Source: Candidatus Eiseniibacteriota bacterium (GTDB taxonomy: Bacteria; Eisenbacteria; RBG-16-71-46; CAIMUX01; VGJL01). Taken from it: DNA of 18,847 nucleotides. Of the stretch, positions 16,922 through 18,847 are shown piece after piece. Where the stretch lies: positions 1-18,847 of the forward strand of contig JBHGAY010000048.1 of the NCBI GenBank assembly GCA_041946735.1, written 5' to 3'. Numbering within the stretch: the first letter of the stretch is position 1; each line of letters starts with the position of its first letter. The notes under the pieces were generated by a model that had not been told where the DNA came from, did no database searches, and saw only the letters and a list, made by a program, of their open reading frames with translations. The translations under genes were made by a program, and so were the position numbers.

Positions 16922-18847
16922 TCAGAAGTTCACCGTGGTGGAGGATGTCCCGGTGTCGACGCCGTCGGACCCGTTCGCCTGGATCTGCACGCTCGTGTCG
17001 GTGGCCGCGGCATGGTAGGTGGTCGTGTAGAGGAACTTCTGCGCGTCGATCTCGACGAGGTCGATCTGCGTCGTCCCGATCGTGATCGAGCGGGTCAGAA
17101 GCCGCTTGCTCGAAGTGACGAAGATCTGCAATGTGCGCGGCCTGCCGGGATTCTTCAGCGCGAGGACGTGCATCTCGATGGCGCCCGGCGCGACGGTCGT
17201 GATGGTGAAATCGCCGTCCGAGACGTCGGTCGCCTGATGCGTGATGTCCGAGACGGTGACGCGCACGCGGGCGTGCGTCGTCGCCACCTGCGGCACGCTC
17301 CACGGGTAGCTCCCGCTGTTCGTCTGGTTGGCGGCGATCACCGTCCAGGTGGTGCCGCTGTCGGTCGAATAGTCGAGCGAAATGAGCAGGTTCTGCGACG
17401 GGGTGTCCGGATCGCTCGCGATCCACGTGATCTGCTGCTGCGAGCCGCCCGCCCAGCTCTCGCCACCGTTGGGGGCGTTCAGCGTCACCGTCGGATTGCC
17501 CGTCTCGCTGGTGACCTGAATCGATCCCGCCTGACTCGTGACGGAGAGCGGCTGGCCGCTGGGATCAGAGAGGATCGTCTCGGTCGGTGTGAGCGCCGAC
17601 TGCGTGCCGCCCGCTCCGGTCAGATGGAAGGTCAAGTTGGCGACAGCGCCATTGCCGGCGGAGAGCGTCGTCGCGTCACTGTAGTACATCACGACCCGCA
17701 CCTTGTTGCCGCCGATGACGGAGGCCGAGAAGCTCATCCCAGCTCCGCGCTCGGTCGCGATGCCGCTCGTGTAGGAGACGACCGCGGGGTCGAAGGTGAT
17801 GTCGGTCTGCAGCGCCTTGACGGTGTCCTCGTTCTGCAGGCCGAGCGGCACGGTTACGTCGCTGCCGCTCGCGCCGGTCCCCGTGCCGGCCGAGAGGACG
17901 TTGTTCCCGGGCGGAGGCCCCTGCGTGATCGCGAAGTTGGCGTTGGATGTGTCCGAAGCCTGGTTCGTGCCGTCGGAAGCGGTGACGCGCACGCGCGCCT
18001 GCGTCGTCGCCACGGCCGGGAGCGTCCAGTTGTAGCTGCCGCTGTTCGTCTGGCCGGTGGCGATCGAGGTCCAGGTGCCGCCGCTGTTCGTCGAGTAGTC
18101 GAGCGCGATCGTCAGGTTCTGGGACGGTGTGTCGGGGTCGGTCGCGGTCCAGGTGATCGCATGCTGCGATCCCGCCGCCCAGCTCTCGCCGCCGTTGGGG
18201 GAGCTGACCGTCACGACCGGCGGGAGGCTCGTCCCCTCGGTGACCTGGATCGATCCCGCTTGATTGGTGACCGCGAGGGACTGGCCGGCCGGATCGGAAA
18301 GGATCGTCGCGCTCGGAGTGAGGGCCGTCTGCGTGCCTCCGGCGCCGACGAGCTGGAACGTGAGGTTCGCGAGAGCGCCGCTGCCGGCCGACAGGACGGT
18401 CTGGTCCGCGTAATACATCACGACGCGGACCTTGTTGCCGCCGATCACCGCCGCCGAAAAGCTCATGGTCGCCCCGCGACCGGTCGCCGAGCCGCTCACG
18501 TAGGAAACGACGGCGGGATCGAACGTGACGTCGGTCTGCAGCGCCTTGACGGTGCTCTCGTTCTGCAGGTTGAGCGGGATCGAGACCTGGGAGCCGCTCT
18601 CTCCGCTTCCGGTTCCGGCCGACACCACGTTGTCCCCGGGCGGCGGGCCCTGCGTGATCGCGAAGTTCGCGTTGGAAGTGTCGGAGCCCTGGTTCGCGCC
18701 GTCGGAAGCGGTCACGCGCACGCGCGCCTGGGTGGTCGCCACGGCCGGGATCGTCCAGTTGTAGCTGCCGCTGTTCGCCTGGCCGGCCGCGATCGAGGTC
18801 CAGGTGCCGCCGCCGTTCGTCGAGTAGTCGAGCGCGATCGTCAGGTT
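16922..18847 (-). CDS. Scaffoldin-like protein (5'-partial): repeated [Ig-like SPNGGE domain + cohesin] units and a unique C-terminal beta-rich domain
   Basis: Frame is open from the window edge (NLTIALDYSTNGGGTW...) to the stop at 16922, 641 sense codons. Two cohesin-like domains (about 18239-18634 and 17510-17905: VSIPLNLQN...ALQTDVTFDPAVVSY...GALANLTFQ...ILSDPAG...GSIQVT) alternate with three Ig-like domains (two complete with (S/A)PNGGESW..GSQ..ITW...DYST..G.TW; the first cut by the window edge). Confidence 0.85.
   Translation of the reverse strand, partial: NLTIALDYSTNGGGTWTSIAAGQANSGSYNWTIPAVATTQARVRVTASDGANQGSDTSNANFAITQGPPPGDNVVSAGTGSGESGSQVSIPLNLQNESTVKALQTDVTFDPAVVSYVSGSATGRGATMSFSAAVIGGNKVRVVMYYADQTVLSAGSGALANLTFQLVGAGGTQTALTPSATILSDPAGQSLAVTNQAGSIQVTEGTSLPPVVTVSSPNGGESWAAGSQHAITWTATDPDTPSQNLTIALDYSTNSGGTWTSIATGQTNSGSYNWTLPAVATTQARVRVTASDGTNQASDTSNANFAITQGPPPGNNVLSAGTGTGASGSDVTVPLGLQNEDTVKALQTDITFDPAVVSYTSGIATERGAGMSFSASVIGGNKVRVVMYYSDATTLSAGNGAVANLTFHLTGAGGTQSALTPTETILSDPSGQPLSVTSQAGSIQVTSETGNPTVTLNAPNGGESWAGGSQQQITWIASDPDTPSQNLLISLDYSTDSGTTWTVIAANQTNSGSYPWSVPQVATTHARVRVTVSDITHQATDVSDGDFTITTVAPGAIEMHVLALKNPGRPRTLQIFVTSSKRLLTRSITIGTTQIDLVEIDAQKFLYTTTYHAAATDTSVQIQANGSDGVDTGTSSTTVNF
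17200..18847 (-). repeat. Intragenic tandem repeat with 729/726-bp period (243/242 aa)
   Basis: Equivalent anchor CAGGTT ends at 18847, 18118 and 17392. The first two Ig copies are nearly identical at DNA level. Confidence 0.85.

Noticed and set aside
17900..18847. DGR template/variable repeat pair
   Set aside because: Both copies are in-frame domains of one gene, the differences are not restricted to adenines, and no reverse transcriptase is present.
16922..18847. True cellulosome (cellulose-degrading) locus
   Set aside because: No glycoside hydrolase or CBM3 is seen in the window, and the only dockerin-bearing enzyme is a protease. The unseen 5' part of the gene could change this.

Overview
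High-GC bacterial DNA with a strong GC3 bias that creates many antisense shadow ORFs. Three secreted proteins end in FlgD-Ig/'T9SS type-A-like' C-terminal domains, which suggests an FCB-group organism such as an Eisenbacteria/Latescibacteria-like candidate phylum (inference). Left to right: a 43-bp palindromic tandem-repeat array interrupted by an internally deleted IS256 relic; a secreted M4/M36-type zinc metallopeptidase; an SDR oxidoreductase; a small membrane protein; a secreted FG-GAP-repeat protein; an AI-2E family transporter; an EEP-family phosphoesterase divergent from a multi-TM Ser/Thr kinase; a sigma-70 region-4-only ORF coupled to an 87-aa ORF. The most interesting part is a minus-strand three-gene cluster. 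It encodes a scaffoldin-like protein with repeated [Ig-like + cohesin] units (runs off the window), a TPR lipoprotein, and a CspA-like S8 protease carrying a dockerin, a degenerate cohesin-like module and a sorting domain. This looks like a cellulosome-style cohesin-dockerin scaffold for proteases rather than glycosidases. All domain calls are by eye from motifs; no searches were run.
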